Source: Verrucomicrobiota bacterium
GTDB taxonomy: Bacteria; Verrucomicrobiota; Verrucomicrobiia; Limisphaerales; CANJXF01
NCBI GenBank assembly: GCA_038214755.1
Contig: JBBQRQ010000034.1
Coordinates: 1-46,089, forward strand
Direction of reading: 5' to 3'
DNA length: 46,089 bases
A program made the translations under genes and the position numbers. This document shows positions 36,737 through 46,089 of this stretch, piece after piece. The notes below the pieces were generated by a model. It had not been told where the DNA came from, did no database searches, and saw only the letters and a program-made list of their open reading frames with translations. Every line of letters starts with the position of its first letter. The stretch's first letter is position 1.

Positions 36737-37473
36737 GTTAAAATTTCCGGCTCCGATTCGGTCACTAAAACCGTGTGCTCAAAATGGGCGGACAATGAAC
36801 CATCTTTGGTTACCACTGTCCAGCCGTCTTTTAAAATCTTCACGTCGGGTTTGCCGGCGTTGACCATCGGCTCAATCGCCAGCGTCATTCCCGGTTTCAA
36901 CTTCGGCGACGATTTTTTTTCCACGAAATTCGGGATCTGCGGTTCCTCGTGCATCGAACGTCCGACGCCGTGTCCGACAAATTCCCGAACCACGCTGTAG
37001 CCATTTCCTTCCACGTAATTTTGGATCGCGCGCGAAATATCCACCACGCGATTTCCCACCACGGCCTTGGCAATGCCCACGTAAAGCGCGCTCTCCGTCA
37101 CGTCCATCAAGCGTTGCGCAAAGACTCCGCAACCACCGACGGCCACTGTCTTGGCCGTGTCACCGATAAATCCATTGTAAACCACGCCGCAATCGAGACT
37201 GATGATATCGCCAAATTCCGCGCGCCGATCATTGGCCAATCCATGCACGACCTGTTCGTTGACTGAAATGCAGAGGTGACACGGAAATTTTCGATAACCC
37301 AGGAACGCGCTCTTCGCTCCGTAACTTTTGATTCGCTCCGCTGCAAAAGTATCAATGTCGCGCGTCGTGACTCCCGGCTGAATGAACGCCCCGATCTCTT
37401 CCAAAACCGCTCTGGCTACCGCGCCGGATTGCCGCATCGCTTCCGACTCGCGTTCATTTTTCAGCAGAATCAT
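36697..37473 (-). CDS. map: Methionine aminopeptidase type I
   Basis: CISVNEQVVHG, DIISLD, GDTA, GHGVG..MHEEP, EPM, SAHFEHT. Confidence 0.97.
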   Translation of the reverse strand: MILLKNERESEAMRQSGAVARAVLEEIGAFIQPGVTTRDIDTFAAERIKSYGAKSAFLGYRKFPCHLCISVNEQVVHGLANDRRAEFGDIISLDCGVVYNGFIGDTAKTVAVGGCGVFAQRLMDVTESALYVGIAKAVVGNRVVDISRAIQNYVEGNGYSVVREFVGHGVGRSMHEEPQIPNFVEKKSSPKLKPGMTLAIEPMVNAGKPDVKILKDGWTVVTKDGSLSAHFEHTVLVTESEPEILTCREKTLSKLQAS

Positions 37474-37597
37474 CTGACTCTTTTTTCTGATCTCAATCTC
37501 ACTCGTAATCCGAATTTCAATTCGTCCGCCTCCTCACGTCGGCGGCTACGAAGAATTTCAATTTCATCGGAGTCGCGGAGATTAAATTAAGAGTGAA

Positions 37598-38977
37598 TCA
37601 GAACCGCCCTTTGAGCCTGCCCTTCTTCAAAAATCCATCGTAATGGCGCATCAACAAATGCGATTCCATCTGGCGCATGGTGTCGAGCATCACGCCGACC
37701 ATGATCAACATGCTCGTGCCGCCGAAAAATTGGGAAACGATTGGATTAATTCCCATGGCGTTGCCCAGGATGATCGGAATTACGGCAATGACGGTTAAGA
37801 AAATTGCTCCCGCCAAAGTGATCCGGCTCATGGTGCGATGGAGAAAATCGCTCGTCGCCTGTCCCGGACGAACACCCGGAATGTAACCGCCGGATTTCTT
37901 CATGTCGTCGGCGATTTGCAATTCGTTGAATTGCGTCGCCACCCAGAAATAGGAAAAAAATAAAATCATCAGCGCGTAGAGAACGATGTAAAGAATTGAG
38001 CCTTGACCCAAAAGAGCCGAGAACTTGAAGAGGAACGGCACTTCAAATTTTCGTCCGACAAATTCGAAAATTTGCGCGGGAAACATCAAAATGGCCGAGG
38101 CAAAAATGACCGGCATGACGCCCGCATAATTGACGCGCAAGGGCATGAAGGAACTCCCGCCGGAATAAACTTTTCGCCCGACGGCGCGTTGCGCGTATTG
38201 GACTGGAATTTTTCGCTGCGCCTGAGTCACGGCAATGACTCCGGCGATGACCGCGAGCAAAAGCAAAAGTAGGGCGATGGCGTGACCCCAATTGTATTTT
38301 ACTTCGATGCCCTGGCCGGGAAAAAACATTTCCACCAGTCCCTGCCCCGCCTTGGGCAAGCGCGCGAGAATGCCGATGGTGATGATGAGAGAAATTCCGT
38401 TGCCGATGCCGCGGTCGGTGATTTGTTCCCCGAGCCACATGAGCAGCATCGTCCCGGTGGTCAGAACGAACATGGTTTGAATGCGATAAAACCAGAGGTT
38501 CTCGTAGAGCACGAGTTGCCCCTGAAATCCTTTGAAAACGCGTTCCGCATTTTCCCAACCGAGCGCCATGACAAATCCTTGTCCGAGGCAAAGCAGCACC
38601 GTCAGGTAACGACCATATTGAACAATTTTTGTGCGGCCACCTTCTTCGCGAGCCAGCTTGCTGAGTTGAGGAATCACTGCGGTCAACAATTGAATAATAA
38701 TTGTCGCGCTGATGTAGGGCATGATGCCGAGCGCGCCGACCGCGCAGTTTTCAAAACCGCCGCCGGTGAACAGGCTGTACATTCCCATCAGCGAATTGCC
38801 GCCGGATGCGCCAGCCGCTTCGAAGTAAGCTTTGAGCGCGGCGTTGTTTAAACCTGGCGTTGGAATCAAGGCGGCCAACCGGCAAATCGCCAAAACGATC
38901 AGCGTGAAAAAAATCCGCGATTTGAGTTCGGGAATTTTAAAGCAATTGGCGAGCGTGCTGGTGATGGCGGTGAACAT
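37598..38977 (-). CDS. secY: Preprotein translocase SecY
   Basis: LGIMPYISATII.QLL, WLGEQIT..GIGNG.S, AGVMPVIFA, IPGVRPG, GGTS.LI.VGV. Confidence 0.98.
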   Translation of the reverse strand: MFTAITSTLANCFKIPELKSRIFFTLIVLAICRLAALIPTPGLNNAALKAYFEAAGASGGNSLMGMYSLFTGGGFENCAVGALGIMPYISATIIIQLLTAVIPQLSKLAREEGGRTKIVQYGRYLTVLLCLGQGFVMALGWENAERVFKGFQGQLVLYENLWFYRIQTMFVLTTGTMLLMWLGEQITDRGIGNGISLIITIGILARLPKAGQGLVEMFFPGQGIEVKYNWGHAIALLLLLLAVIAGVIAVTQAQRKIPVQYAQRAVGRKVYSGGSSFMPLRVNYAGVMPVIFASAILMFPAQIFEFVGRKFEVPFLFKFSALLGQGSILYIVLYALMILFFSYFWVATQFNELQIADDMKKSGGYIPGVRPGQATSDFLHRTMSRITLAGAIFLTVIAVIPIILGNAMGINPIVSQFFGGTSMLIMVGVMLDTMRQMESHLLMRHYDGFLKKGRLKGRF

Positions 38978-38988
38978 GCGAGAGAAGA

Positions 38989-39459
38989 CTAACGACGCGG
39001 CCCTTGAACTTTTTTGGCAATGACTTCACAACTGCCGCCGAGCTTTTCAATTTTCGCTTTGGCGGATGCGCTAAAGGCGTGCGCGGTGATTTTCAATTTT
39101 TTGGAAAGCTCGCCACTGCCGAGAATTTTAATTCGCTTCACCGGGCCGTTGGCCAAACCCACATTGCGCAAAGCCAATTCATCCACCGTGGCGCCATCTT
39201 CAAATTGATTGAGCGATTCCAAATTGACGGGAACATATTCAATGGTGTGACGAGCGTTGTTGAAGCCGCGTTTTGGAATGCGCCGGATGAGCGGCATCTG
39301 GCCGCCTTCAAATCCGATACGAATCGAACTGCCGGAGCGCGCGGTCTGGCCTTTGCCTCCGCGACCGGCGGTTTTTCCGTGGCCGCTGGATTCGCCTTGG
39401 CCCAATCGTTTGCGACGGTGCTTCGATCCGGGACGAGGTTTTAAATCATGTAAGCGCAT
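38989..39459 (-). CDS. rplO: 50S ribosomal protein L15
   Basis: GKTAGRGGKGQ.ARSG, FEGGQMPL.RR.PKRGF. Confidence 0.98.
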   Translation of the reverse strand: MRLHDLKPRPGSKHRRKRLGQGESSGHGKTAGRGGKGQTARSGSSIRIGFEGGQMPLIRRIPKRGFNNARHTIEYVPVNLESLNQFEDGATVDELALRNVGLANGPVKRIKILGSGELSKKLKITAHAFSASAKAKIEKLGGSCEVIAKKVQGPRR

Positions 39460-39465
39460 AAAAAA

Positions 39466-40119
39466 TTAAGCGGTGGCGACGATGGGTTGAACTTCAGCCG
39501 GCTTCTCCACCTTCTTTATAATTTCGATGCCGCGACTACGATAAATATCTTCGCGCAAACGGAGTTGCCGCAAAGCGCCGAGTGTGGCCTTGACTACATT
39601 GGCCGCATTGTCGGAACCGAGCGACTTGCTCAAAATATCTTTTACTCCAGCGGATTCGAGAACGGCGCGAACGGTTTTTCCAGCAATGATGCCTGTTCCC
39701 GGAGAAGCGGGGCGCAGCAGAATTTTCGCGCCGCAAAAAGTATAAAGCACTTCGTGCGGAATGGTGGTGTCTTTCAAAGAAACTTTCACCATGGCCGATT
39801 TGGCCACCTCGCCGCCTTTGCGGATGGCATCGGCGACTTCGCCGCCTTTTCCGAGGCCAATTCCGACGCGGCCTTTTTTATCACCGGCCACAATTAAGGC
39901 GCTGAAACTAAAACGGCGTCCGCCTTTCACCACTTTGGAAGAGCGATTGATGAAAACAACTTTCTCAACCAGGTCTCCGCTTTTCCCCTCGCCTTGTTGG
40001 CCGTCGTTGCGTCGGCGCGGCCCGCGATTTTGCCCGCGTCCGCCGAAACGATGGCCGCCGCCGGGACCGCCCGCTGGAGGACTGCCTTCTCCGCCAAAAC
40101 TTTTATTTACTTCTGCCAC
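39466..40119 (-). CDS. rpsE: 30S ribosomal protein S5
   Basis: [41 protein letters not shown]. Confidence 0.98.
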   Translation of the reverse strand: MAEVNKSFGGEGSPPAGGPGGGHRFGGRGQNRGPRRRNDGQQGEGKSGDLVEKVVFINRSSKVVKGGRRFSFSALIVAGDKKGRVGIGLGKGGEVADAIRKGGEVAKSAMVKVSLKDTTIPHEVLYTFCGAKILLRPASPGTGIIAGKTVRAVLESAGVKDILSKSLGSDNAANVVKATLGALRQLRLREDIYRSRGIEIIKKVEKPAEVQPIVATA

Positions 40120-40140
40120 AATTTTTTTCTCCTGGTTAAT

Positions 40141-40506
40141 TTAGAATTTCAAACCGGCTTCGCGCGCCGCGTCGGCCAACGCTTTTACTTTTCCGTGATA
40201 ACGCGCGCCGGAGCGGTCGAAGACGACGGACTGGATTCCTTTTTCTTTCGCGGCTTCCGCAGCCAGTTTTCCGATGCGCGTCGCGGTGACGACATTTGCG
40301 CCAATTTTTTCGGCTTTGCCCACTGCTTTGCTTCTGGTCGAAGTCGAGACAATGGTCTTGCTCGCGGCGTCATCAACGAATTGCACGTAAATATTTTGAT
40401 TGGTGAACCGAACACTCATGCGCGGACGTTCCGCAGTGCCGATCACTTTTTTGCGAATGCGCCAATGACGCAATTTCGACAATTTCTGTTTGACTTGAGT
40501 TCTCAT
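40141..40506 (-). CDS. rplR: 50S ribosomal protein L18
   Basis: GTAERPR..., VVFDRSG..YHGKVKALADAAREAGLKF; start MRTQVKQ (the upstream ORF extension is REP-derived). Confidence 0.97.
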   Translation of the reverse strand: MRTQVKQKLSKLRHWRIRKKVIGTAERPRMSVRFTNQNIYVQFVDDAASKTIVSTSTRSKAVGKAEKIGANVVTATRIGKLAAEAAKEKGIQSVVFDRSGARYHGKVKALADAAREAGLKF

Positions 40507-40514
40507 TTTTTCTC

Positions 40515-40615
40515 TGTAGCGGCGTGTCTGTGACCGCCGCAAAAATTTCTTTAATCAGCGGCGCTCACAGAGCCGCCGCTACAAAATCTGCGGCGGCCAC
40601 AGACGCGCCGCTACA
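40515..40615. repeat. Three TGTAGCGGCG REP units
   Basis: One forward and two reverse copies of TGTAGCGGCGCGTCTGTGACCGCCGC. Confidence 0.9.
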
Positions 40616-40618
40616 AAT

Positions 40619-41155
40619 TTATTGAACGGTCTTGCCTTCCTTGCGGATGACTTTCTCGTCGGAGTATTTCACGCCTTTGCCCTTGTAAGGTTCCGGCGGA
40701 TAATAAGCGCGAATTTCGGCCGCGACTTGCCCGACGACTTGTTTGCTCGGCCCTTCGATCAAAACTTTGGTGTTCTCTTCCACCGTCACTTTGATCTGAT
40801 CGGGGATCGGATAATTAACCGGATGCGAATATCCCAAACTCAGATTCACCACTTTTCCCTGCACGGCCGCCTTGAAACCGACGCCGTTAATTTCCAGCCG
40901 TTTGCTGAAACCAACGCTGACACCTTGCACCATATTGTTGACCAAGGCGCGACCCAAACCGTGCATCGCTTTCGCTTCCGCATCTTCGCCATCGCGCGAG
41001 ACCACAATTTTGTCGCCTTCAATTTTGAGGCTGGTGCGGCGAGGCAACTCCATATCGAGTTTGCCTTTCGGACCTTGCACTGAAACTTTTTTGCCGGAAA
41101 CGTTCACCTTCACTGCGGCGGGAACAACAATCGGCGATTTTCCAATTCGTGACAT
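40619..41155 (-). CDS. rplF: 50S ribosomal protein L6
   Basis: MSRIGK.PI, GPKG.L, LGYSHP, PEPYKGKG. Confidence 0.98.
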   Translation of the reverse strand: MSRIGKSPIVVPAAVKVNVSGKKVSVQGPKGKLDMELPRRTSLKIEGDKIVVSRDGEDAEAKAMHGLGRALVNNMVQGVSVGFSKRLEINGVGFKAAVQGKVVNLSLGYSHPVNYPIPDQIKVTVEENTKVLIEGPSKQVVGQVAAEIRAYYPPEPYKGKGVKYSDEKVIRKEGKTVQ

Positions 41156-41164
41156 AAATTTTTT

Positions 41165-41190
41165 TGTAGCGGCGCGTCTGTGACCGCCGC
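41165..41190. repeat. Single TGTAGCGGCG REP unit
   Basis: TGTAGCGGCGCGTCTGTGACCGCCGC. Confidence 0.85.
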
Positions 41191-41201
41191 ATTTATTTCA
41201 A

Positions 41202-41588
41202 TTACCAAATGTAGCAAAGCAATTCTCCGCCAATATTTTTTTTGCGCGCATCGTTGCCGGTCATCACGCCTTCGGAAGTCGAAACAATCGAAACACCCAA
41301 TCCGCCGCGCACGCGGGAAATTTCCGTCGAGCCAGTGTAGCGGCGCAACCCGGGCGTGCTCACGCGGCGCAAACCTTCGATCACACCTTTGCGTCCCTCG
41401 TATTTCAATTTCATCTTGATCGTCTTTTTGACTTTGCCTTCGACGCCGACCTCGCTGACGTAGCCTTCTTTCTTTAAAATTTTCGCGATGCTCTCCTTCA
41501 TTTTGGAATGCGGTAATTCGACTACAGGCAGCAAGGCCAGGCTCGCGTTGCGAATCCGCGTCAACATATCTGAAATTGGATCGGTCAT
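41202..41588 (-). CDS. rpsH: 30S ribosomal protein S8
   Basis: TDPISDMLTRIRNA, RVS.PGLRRY, GGELLCYIW. Confidence 0.98.
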   Translation of the reverse strand: MTDPISDMLTRIRNASLALLPVVELPHSKMKESIAKILKKEGYVSEVGVEGKVKKTIKMKLKYEGRKGVIEGLRRVSTPGLRRYTGSTEISRVRGGLGVSIVSTSEGVMTGNDARKKNIGGELLCYIW

Positions 41589-41651
41589 ATTTAAATCTTA
41601 ATCGTAATCTGACTGTCAATTCGCTCTGCCGACAGAATGTCGGCAGCACTT

Positions 41652-41921
41652 TTACCAGCTCGCCTTTGTGACTCCCGGAATCAATCCGTTCAACGCCGCT
41701 TCGCGAAAGGTCAAACGCGAGCAACCGAATTTCCGCAGATAGGCGTGGCGACGGCCCGACATTTTGCAACGGTTGACCACGCGCGTCGGACTGGCGTTGC
41801 GCGGCAATTTTGACAGCCCGGCGTAATCGCCTTTCGCTTTCAAGTCGGCGCGAATTGCCGCGTATTTTTTTACCGTGTTGCGCTTTTTCTTGTTGCGCTC
41901 GAGCCATGATTGTTTAGCCAT
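41652..41921 (-). CDS. rpsN: 30S ribosomal protein S14 (89-aa zinc-independent type)
   Basis: [15 protein letters not shown]...RKFG.SR..FRE.A..G.IPGV.KASW. Confidence 0.97.
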   Translation of the reverse strand: MAKQSWLERNKKKRNTVKKYAAIRADLKAKGDYAGLSKLPRNASPTRVVNRCKMSGRRHAYLRKFGCSRLTFREAALNGLIPGVTKASW

Positions 41922-41954
41922 AAAAAACTTTTAACGATTTAACAATTTAACAAT

Positions 41955-42500
41955 TTAACGTCCCTCAGCGAACGGCATTCCCATCATTTTCAAAAAGTCC
42001 AGCGCTTCTTCGTCCGTCGGCGCGCTGGTCACGAAGGTGATGTCCATGCCTTGCGTGCGTTTGATTTTGTCCAATTCGATTTCCGGAAAAATAGTTTGGT
42101 CAGCAATGCCGAGGGAATAATTTCCGCGACCATCAAACGACCGGGTCGAGATTCCGCGAAAATCGCGAATGCGCGGAAGGGCCGTCGCCACGAGACGATC
42201 AAAAAATTCATACATCACTTCGCGGCGCAACGTGACACGACAACCAATCGGTTGGTTTTCGCGCAGCTTGAAATTCGCGATGCTCTTGCGCGATTTGCTG
42301 ATGACCGGCTTGCGTCCGGTGATGAGCGTCATATCTTTGACGGCATCATCAATCGCGCCTTTTTCCAGCGAAGCGCTCACGCCCATGTTCACCACGATTT
42401 TTTCCATCTTGGGAACCTGATGGATGTTTTGATACTTCCGCTTTTCTTTCAAAGCGGGAATCACTTCGCTGACATATTTTTCGTAAAGTCTCGGTTTCAT
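41955..42500 (-). CDS. rplE: 50S ribosomal protein L5
   Basis: [34 protein letters not shown]. Confidence 0.98.
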   Translation of the reverse strand: MKPRLYEKYVSEVIPALKEKRKYQNIHQVPKMEKIVVNMGVSASLEKGAIDDAVKDMTLITGRKPVISKSRKSIANFKLRENQPIGCRVTLRREVMYEFFDRLVATALPRIRDFRGISTRSFDGRGNYSLGIADQTIFPEIELDKIKRTQGMDITFVTSAPTDEEALDFLKMMGMPFAEGR

Positions 42501-42505
42501 TTTTC

Positions 42506-42585
42506 TGTAGCGGCGCGTCTATGACCGCCGCTGAAATATTTTTATTTAATTTTTAATTGGCGGCGGTCACAGACGCGCCGCTACA
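42506..42585. repeat. TGTAGCGGCG REP dyad
   Basis: TGTAGCGGCGCGTCTATGACCGCCGC ... GCGGCGGTCACAGACGCGCCGCTACA. Confidence 0.9.
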
Positions 42586-42591
42586 AAATCA

Positions 42592-42870
42592 TCACGCCGC
42601 AACTGGCTCTTTTGCCGCCCGTTTTTTCGATCCGTCAAAACTTTCCACGGCCATCACGTTGGAAATGTGAATCGAGCCTTCGCGCTCGACAATCGCGCCT
42701 TGCGGATTGTTTTGATTTTTTCGCGTATGCTTTTTTTGCATTTTCGCGCCTTCCACAATCACGCGCTGGCTCTTCACTTTGACTTCGATGATTTTGCCGC
42801 GCTTGCCTTTTTCCGAGCCGGCAATCACCACCACTTCGTCGCCTTTTTTCACATGAAATCTTTTCTGCAT
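42592..42870 (-). CDS. rplX: 50S ribosomal protein L24
   Basis: HVKKGDEVVVIAG.EKGK.G, EGSIHISNV. Confidence 0.97.
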   Translation of the reverse strand: MQKRFHVKKGDEVVVIAGSEKGKRGKIIEVKVKSQRVIVEGAKMQKKHTRKNQNNPQGAIVEREGSIHISNVMAVESFDGSKKRAAKEPVAA

Positions 42871-42879
42871 AATCTTTTT

Positions 42880-42995
42880 TGTAGCGGCGCGTCTGTGACC
42901 GCCGCAAAAATTTCTTTCAATCAGCGGCGCTCACAGAGTCGCCGCTACAGGTTTAAATTCTCTCCATCAGCGGCGGTCATAGACGCGTCGCTACA
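42880..42995. repeat. Three TGTAGCGGCG REP units
   Basis: One forward and two reverse copies, same layout as 40515-40615. Confidence 0.9.
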
Positions 42996-42998
42996 AAT

Positions 42999-43364
42999 TC
43001 AGATCACTTCCGGCGCGAGAGAAATTATTTTCATGAACTTCTTATCGCGCAATTCGCGGGCGACCGGACCGAAAATCCGGGTCCCTCGCGGATTATTGTC
43101 TTTGTCGATAATGACGATTGCATTGCTGTCAAAACGCAAATACGAACCATCATTGCGGCGAATCGCCTGACGGGTGCGAACCACCACTGCGTTGACCACT
43201 TCGCCTTTTTTGACGGTGCCGTCGGGGGTGGCTTCCTTGATGTGCGCTTTGATCACGTCGCCAATGAACGCATAACGTTGATTGCGGCCCAGGACACCAA
43301 TCGCCGCCGCGCGTTTTGCGCCGGTGTTGTCAGCCACATCCATGATGGAACGAATTTGTAACAT
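42999..43364 (-). CDS. rplN: 50S ribosomal protein L14
   Basis: [32 protein letters not shown]. Confidence 0.98.
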   Translation of the reverse strand: MLQIRSIMDVADNTGAKRAAAIGVLGRNQRYAFIGDVIKAHIKEATPDGTVKKGEVVNAVVVRTRQAIRRNDGSYLRFDSNAIVIIDKDNNPRGTRIFGPVARELRDKKFMKIISLAPEVI

Positions 43365-43372
43365 AAAATCTT

Positions 43373-43711
43373 TTAACCGGCTTTCGCGACTTCTTCACCC
43401 TTTTCGACCACTTCGGTCAAACGCCAGCGTTTCAACTTCGAGAGCGGACGGGTTTCTTCGATCAAAACTAAATCGCCGACTTTCGCTTCGCTCTTTTCGT
43501 CGTGCGCGTAAAATTTGGAATAAGCTGTGACAACTTTTTTGTATTTCGGATGCGGATAACGCCGCTCGACGCTGACCACAATCGTCTTGGTCATCTTGTT
43601 GGAAAGGACTTTGCCCAAACGTTCTTTGCGGGTGCCGCGGGTTGCCTTTTCGGGCCCTGCTTTTTCGGGAGCCGTTTGTTCAGGAGCAATAGGTGTTGCT
43701 GTTTCAGCCAT
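43373..43711 (-). CDS. rpsQ: 30S ribosomal protein S17
   Basis: [31 protein letters not shown]. Confidence 0.98.
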   Translation of the reverse strand: MAETATPIAPEQTAPEKAGPEKATRGTRKERLGKVLSNKMTKTIVVSVERRYPHPKYKKVVTAYSKFYAHDEKSEAKVGDLVLIEETRPLSKLKRWRLTEVVEKGEEVAKAG

Positions 43712-43714
43712 AAA

Positions 43715-43936
43715 TTATTTCTTCGCTCCTTTGGATTTCTTCGGACCGTTGAGGCGCACGTGAGAGATCTGGGTTTCGAGGCGGGCGATGTCCTTGCGCA
43801 AATGACGCAAACGCGCCGGTTTCTCCAATTGGCTGCTCGCCTGTTGCAAGCGGAGATTGAACATCTCCTGGCGCAGATCGCGGCTCTTGGCCGACAATTC
43901 CACGTCCGTTAAATCTTTAATTTCCGACATTTTCAT
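43715..43936 (-). CDS. rpmC: 50S ribosomal protein L29
   Basis: EL...L..E.FNLR.Q....L..P...R..RKDIAR..T. Confidence 0.96.
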   Translation of the reverse strand: MKMSEIKDLTDVELSAKSRDLRQEMFNLRLQQASSQLEKPARLRHLRKDIARLETQISHVRLNGPKKSKGAKK

Positions 43937-43944
43937 ATTCGCTC

Positions 43945-44364
43945 TTAGGTCACCTTGTGGCGGGAAATAAATTTCGTTTTGATCGGCAATTTCGTCGCGG
44001 CCAACCGCATCGATTCGCGCGCCACGATTTCCGTCACTCCGTCCACTTCAAACAAAACATTCGCCGGACGAATCACGGCGACCCAGGATTCGAGCGGGCC
44101 TTTGCCTTTGCCCATGCGCGTTTCCAACGGTTTTTTCGTGAACGATTTGTGCGGGAAGATTCGAATCCAAACTTTGCCGCGTCGCTTCATGTATCGAGTG
44201 ACCGCGACGCGCGCCGCTTCAATTTGCTTCGTGTCCAGCCAGCAACGCTCGATGGATTGCAATCCGTATTCGCCAAACGCAACCGTATTTCCGCTCATCG
44301 CCATTCCGGCGCGGCTGCCGCGGTGCATTTTGCGGTACTTCACTCTGGCGGGCATCATTGGCAT
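43945..44364 (-). CDS. rplP: 50S ribosomal protein L16
   Basis: [33 protein letters not shown]. Confidence 0.98.
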   Translation of the reverse strand: MPMMPARVKYRKMHRGSRAGMAMSGNTVAFGEYGLQSIERCWLDTKQIEAARVAVTRYMKRRGKVWIRIFPHKSFTKKPLETRMGKGKGPLESWVAVIRPANVLFEVDGVTEIVARESMRLAATKLPIKTKFISRHKVT

Positions 44365-44405
44365 AAATATTTTTCGTTAAATCGTGAAACGTGAATCGTG
44401 AATCG

Positions 44406-45080
44406 TTACGCCGCAACGGGCGCATTTGCTTCTTGTCTCACTTCCTTTTTCTCGGCCTTCACATCGCCTTTGCAGACCCAGCATTTCACGCCGAGTTTTC
44501 CATACATCGTATTGGCTTCCGCAAATCCGTAATCAATGTTCGCGCGCAACGTGTGCAACGGAACGCGGCCTTGTAAATATTGTTCGACCCGCGCGAGTTC
44601 CGCGCCGCCGAGACGACCCGCGCAACGAATCTTGATTCCCTCGGCGCCAAAATCCATCGCCGTCTGAACGGCTTTTTTCATGGCGCGACGAAAGGAAACG
44701 CGGCGTTCCATCTGGAGCGCGACATTTTCCGCCACGAGTTGCGCGTCGATTTCCGGCTGCTTGATTTCCTGGATGTCCACGTAAACTTCTTTGCCGGTCA
44801 TCTTGCTCAATTCTTCCTTGAGCTTGTCGATCTCCGCGCCTTTGCGACCGATAACGACGCCGGGTCGCGCCGTGTAAATCGTAATGCGGCAACGATTGGC
44901 CGCGCGCTCGATTTGAATTCTCGGAACGGATGCGCTCTCGAGTTTCTTTTTCAAAATCTCGCGAATCTGCCGGTCTTCATCGAGCAGCTTGCCGAATTCT
45001 TTTTTGTCGGCATACCACTTCGAGCGCCAGTCTTTATTGACGGCCACACGGAAACCAATTGGATTTACTTTTTGACCCAT
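44406..45080 (-). CDS. rpsC: 30S ribosomal protein S3
   Basis: [38 protein letters not shown]. Confidence 0.98.
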   Translation of the reverse strand: MGQKVNPIGFRVAVNKDWRSKWYADKKEFGKLLDEDRQIREILKKKLESASVPRIQIERAANRCRITIYTARPGVVIGRKGAEIDKLKEELSKMTGKEVYVDIQEIKQPEIDAQLVAENVALQMERRVSFRRAMKKAVQTAMDFGAEGIKIRCAGRLGGAELARVEQYLQGRVPLHTLRANIDYGFAEANTMYGKLGVKCWVCKGDVKAEKKEVRQEANAPVAA

Positions 45081-45219
45081 AATTAAATCACTGGATGACG
45101 GGATTGGTGGATGAATGGATCGATGCGAAGACAGCGATGCGGCGTCGCAATCCAACAATCCACAAATCCATAAATCCAATTATCTGTTGTGTTCATTTCG
45201 GTTTGGCTGTTCGTAAAAT

Positions 45220-45552
45220 CTATTCGTCGGAGACAACAATCTTCACGTGACAGTTGCGTTTCAAAATCGGCCCGGCGGAACCGCGCGCTTTCGGAGTAAA
45301 TCGTTTCATCGTCGTAGCTTGCCCGGCGACCGCGAATTTCACTCTGAGATTTTCCGGTTTTGCGCCGTTATTATTTTCCGCATTGGCGATGGCGGAATTC
45401 AAAGTCTTCGCCACCACTCGCGCCGATTTGCGCGAGACAAATTTGAGAATCGCTTGGGCTTCCAATGCGGGCAGTCCCTGAATCTGTCGCACCACTTCGC
45501 GCATTTTCTGCGCGGACATCCGCACGTTTTTGGTAATGGCTTGAACTTGCAT
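45220..45552 (-). CDS. rplV: 50S ribosomal protein L22
   Basis: VRMSAQK.R.V, SAIANAENN, KRF.PKARG. Confidence 0.97.
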   Translation of the reverse strand: MQVQAITKNVRMSAQKMREVVRQIQGLPALEAQAILKFVSRKSARVVAKTLNSAIANAENNNGAKPENLRVKFAVAGQATTMKRFTPKARGSAGPILKRNCHVKIVVSDE

Positions 45553-45556
45553 ATTA

Positions 45557-45838
45557 CTATTTCGCTTCCGCTTTCGCAGTGTGCGCGCCGTGTTTCTTGA
45601 ACGTGCGGGTCAGCGAAAATTCACCGAGCCGATGGCCCACCATGTTTTCCGTCACGAAAACTGGATTGAAAATTTTTCCGTTGTGCACGCTGAAAGTCAG
45701 CCCCACGAAGTCGGGCGTAATCATTGAGCGGCGCGACCAGGTTTTGATCGGTGATTTTTGATTCGTGCTTTTCGCTTTGACGATTTTATCCATCAGCGAA
45801 GCCTCGATAAACGGACCTTTTTTAATCGAACGTCCCAT
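45557..45838 (-). CDS. rpsS: 30S ribosomal protein S19
   Basis: [34 protein letters not shown]. Confidence 0.98.
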   Translation of the reverse strand: MGRSIKKGPFIEASLMDKIVKAKSTNQKSPIKTWSRRSMITPDFVGLTFSVHNGKIFNPVFVTENMVGHRLGEFSLTRTFKKHGAHTAKAEAK

Positions 45839-45879
45839 AAAAATTTTTCAACGATTCAACGATTCAACGAGGTTGCGAT

Positions 45880-46089
45880 TTATTTGTGTTTCATCGGACG
45901 ACCATCGCGGCGCACGAGAATAAATTTGTTGGAATATTTGCGTTTGTTACGAGTGCGGTATCCCTTCGTGATGACACCCCACGGAGTGACCGGATGTCCG
46001 CCGCCAGAAGTTTTACCAGCACCGCCGCCCATCGGATGGTCAACCGGGTTCTTCGCGACCGCGCGGCTCAACGGATGAATTCCGCGGTG
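45880..46089 (-). CDS. rplB: 50S ribosomal protein L2, 3' end (partial)
   Basis: [12 protein letters not shown]...HP.TPWG..TKG.RTR. Confidence 0.96.
   Translation of the reverse strand, partial: HRGIHPLSRAVAKNPVDHPMGGGAGKTSGGGHPVTPWGVITKGYRTRNKRKYSNKFILVRRDGRPMKHK

Noticed and set aside
40515..42995. Clustered ~26-nt repeats resembling a CRISPR array
   Set aside because: The copies are inverted relative to each other, irregularly spaced and scattered between ribosomal genes, with no cas genes; they are REP-like.
34454..45179. ORF-track N-terminal extensions of rpoA, rpsD, rpsK, rpmJ, rplR and rpsC
   Set aside because: They start at upstream alternative codons and read through repeats or neighbouring genes; the conserved N-termini begin at downstream ATGs.

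Overview
Bacterial chromosomal window, very likely from a Verrucomicrobiota (Pedosphaera-like/PVC) genome. That call rests on the PVC-type heme/dehydrogenase proteins, a C-terminal 'S.TNL..W...FYRV' domain, an H-X9-DG fragment and the lack of rpmD. The right third (32.9-46.1 kb, minus strand) is the S10-spc-alpha ribosomal superoperon, from partial rplB to rplQ. The left two-thirds carry oppB/oppC, galE, a multidomain PBP4-like peptidase, three PIN-type toxin-antitoxin pairs (one frameshifted), lactate permease, cutA, a cupin, a stand-alone HUH/Y1 (IS200/RAYT-like) transposase, miaE, tRNA-Thr and tRNA-Pro (each followed by decayed gene fragments), a basic repeat protein, a PVC dehydrogenase plus cupredoxin-cytochrome pair, fcl, uvrB, a secreted TIM-barrel-like protein and an MFS transporter. 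Four things stand out. (1) Three tandem type IV pilin-like genes with sigma54-type promoters and a conserved Cys3-His pattern lie upstream of a PilH/PilI-like ABC transporter and a TPR gene; two of them share a ~75-nt predicted pseudoknotted 5' leader that I cannot assign to a known RNA family. (2) The Y1 transposase is flanked by ~90-bp tri-hairpin inverted arms, and two non-autonomous elements of the same architecture are wrapped in IS-type TIRs with target duplications. (3) A candidate sigma54-driven sRNA and a cluster of small ORFs follow tRNA-Pro. (4) REP-like palindromes and 7/8-nt tandem repeats are unusually dense and nested, filling most spacers of the ribosomal operon. All assignments come from reading the sequence; no database searches were run.
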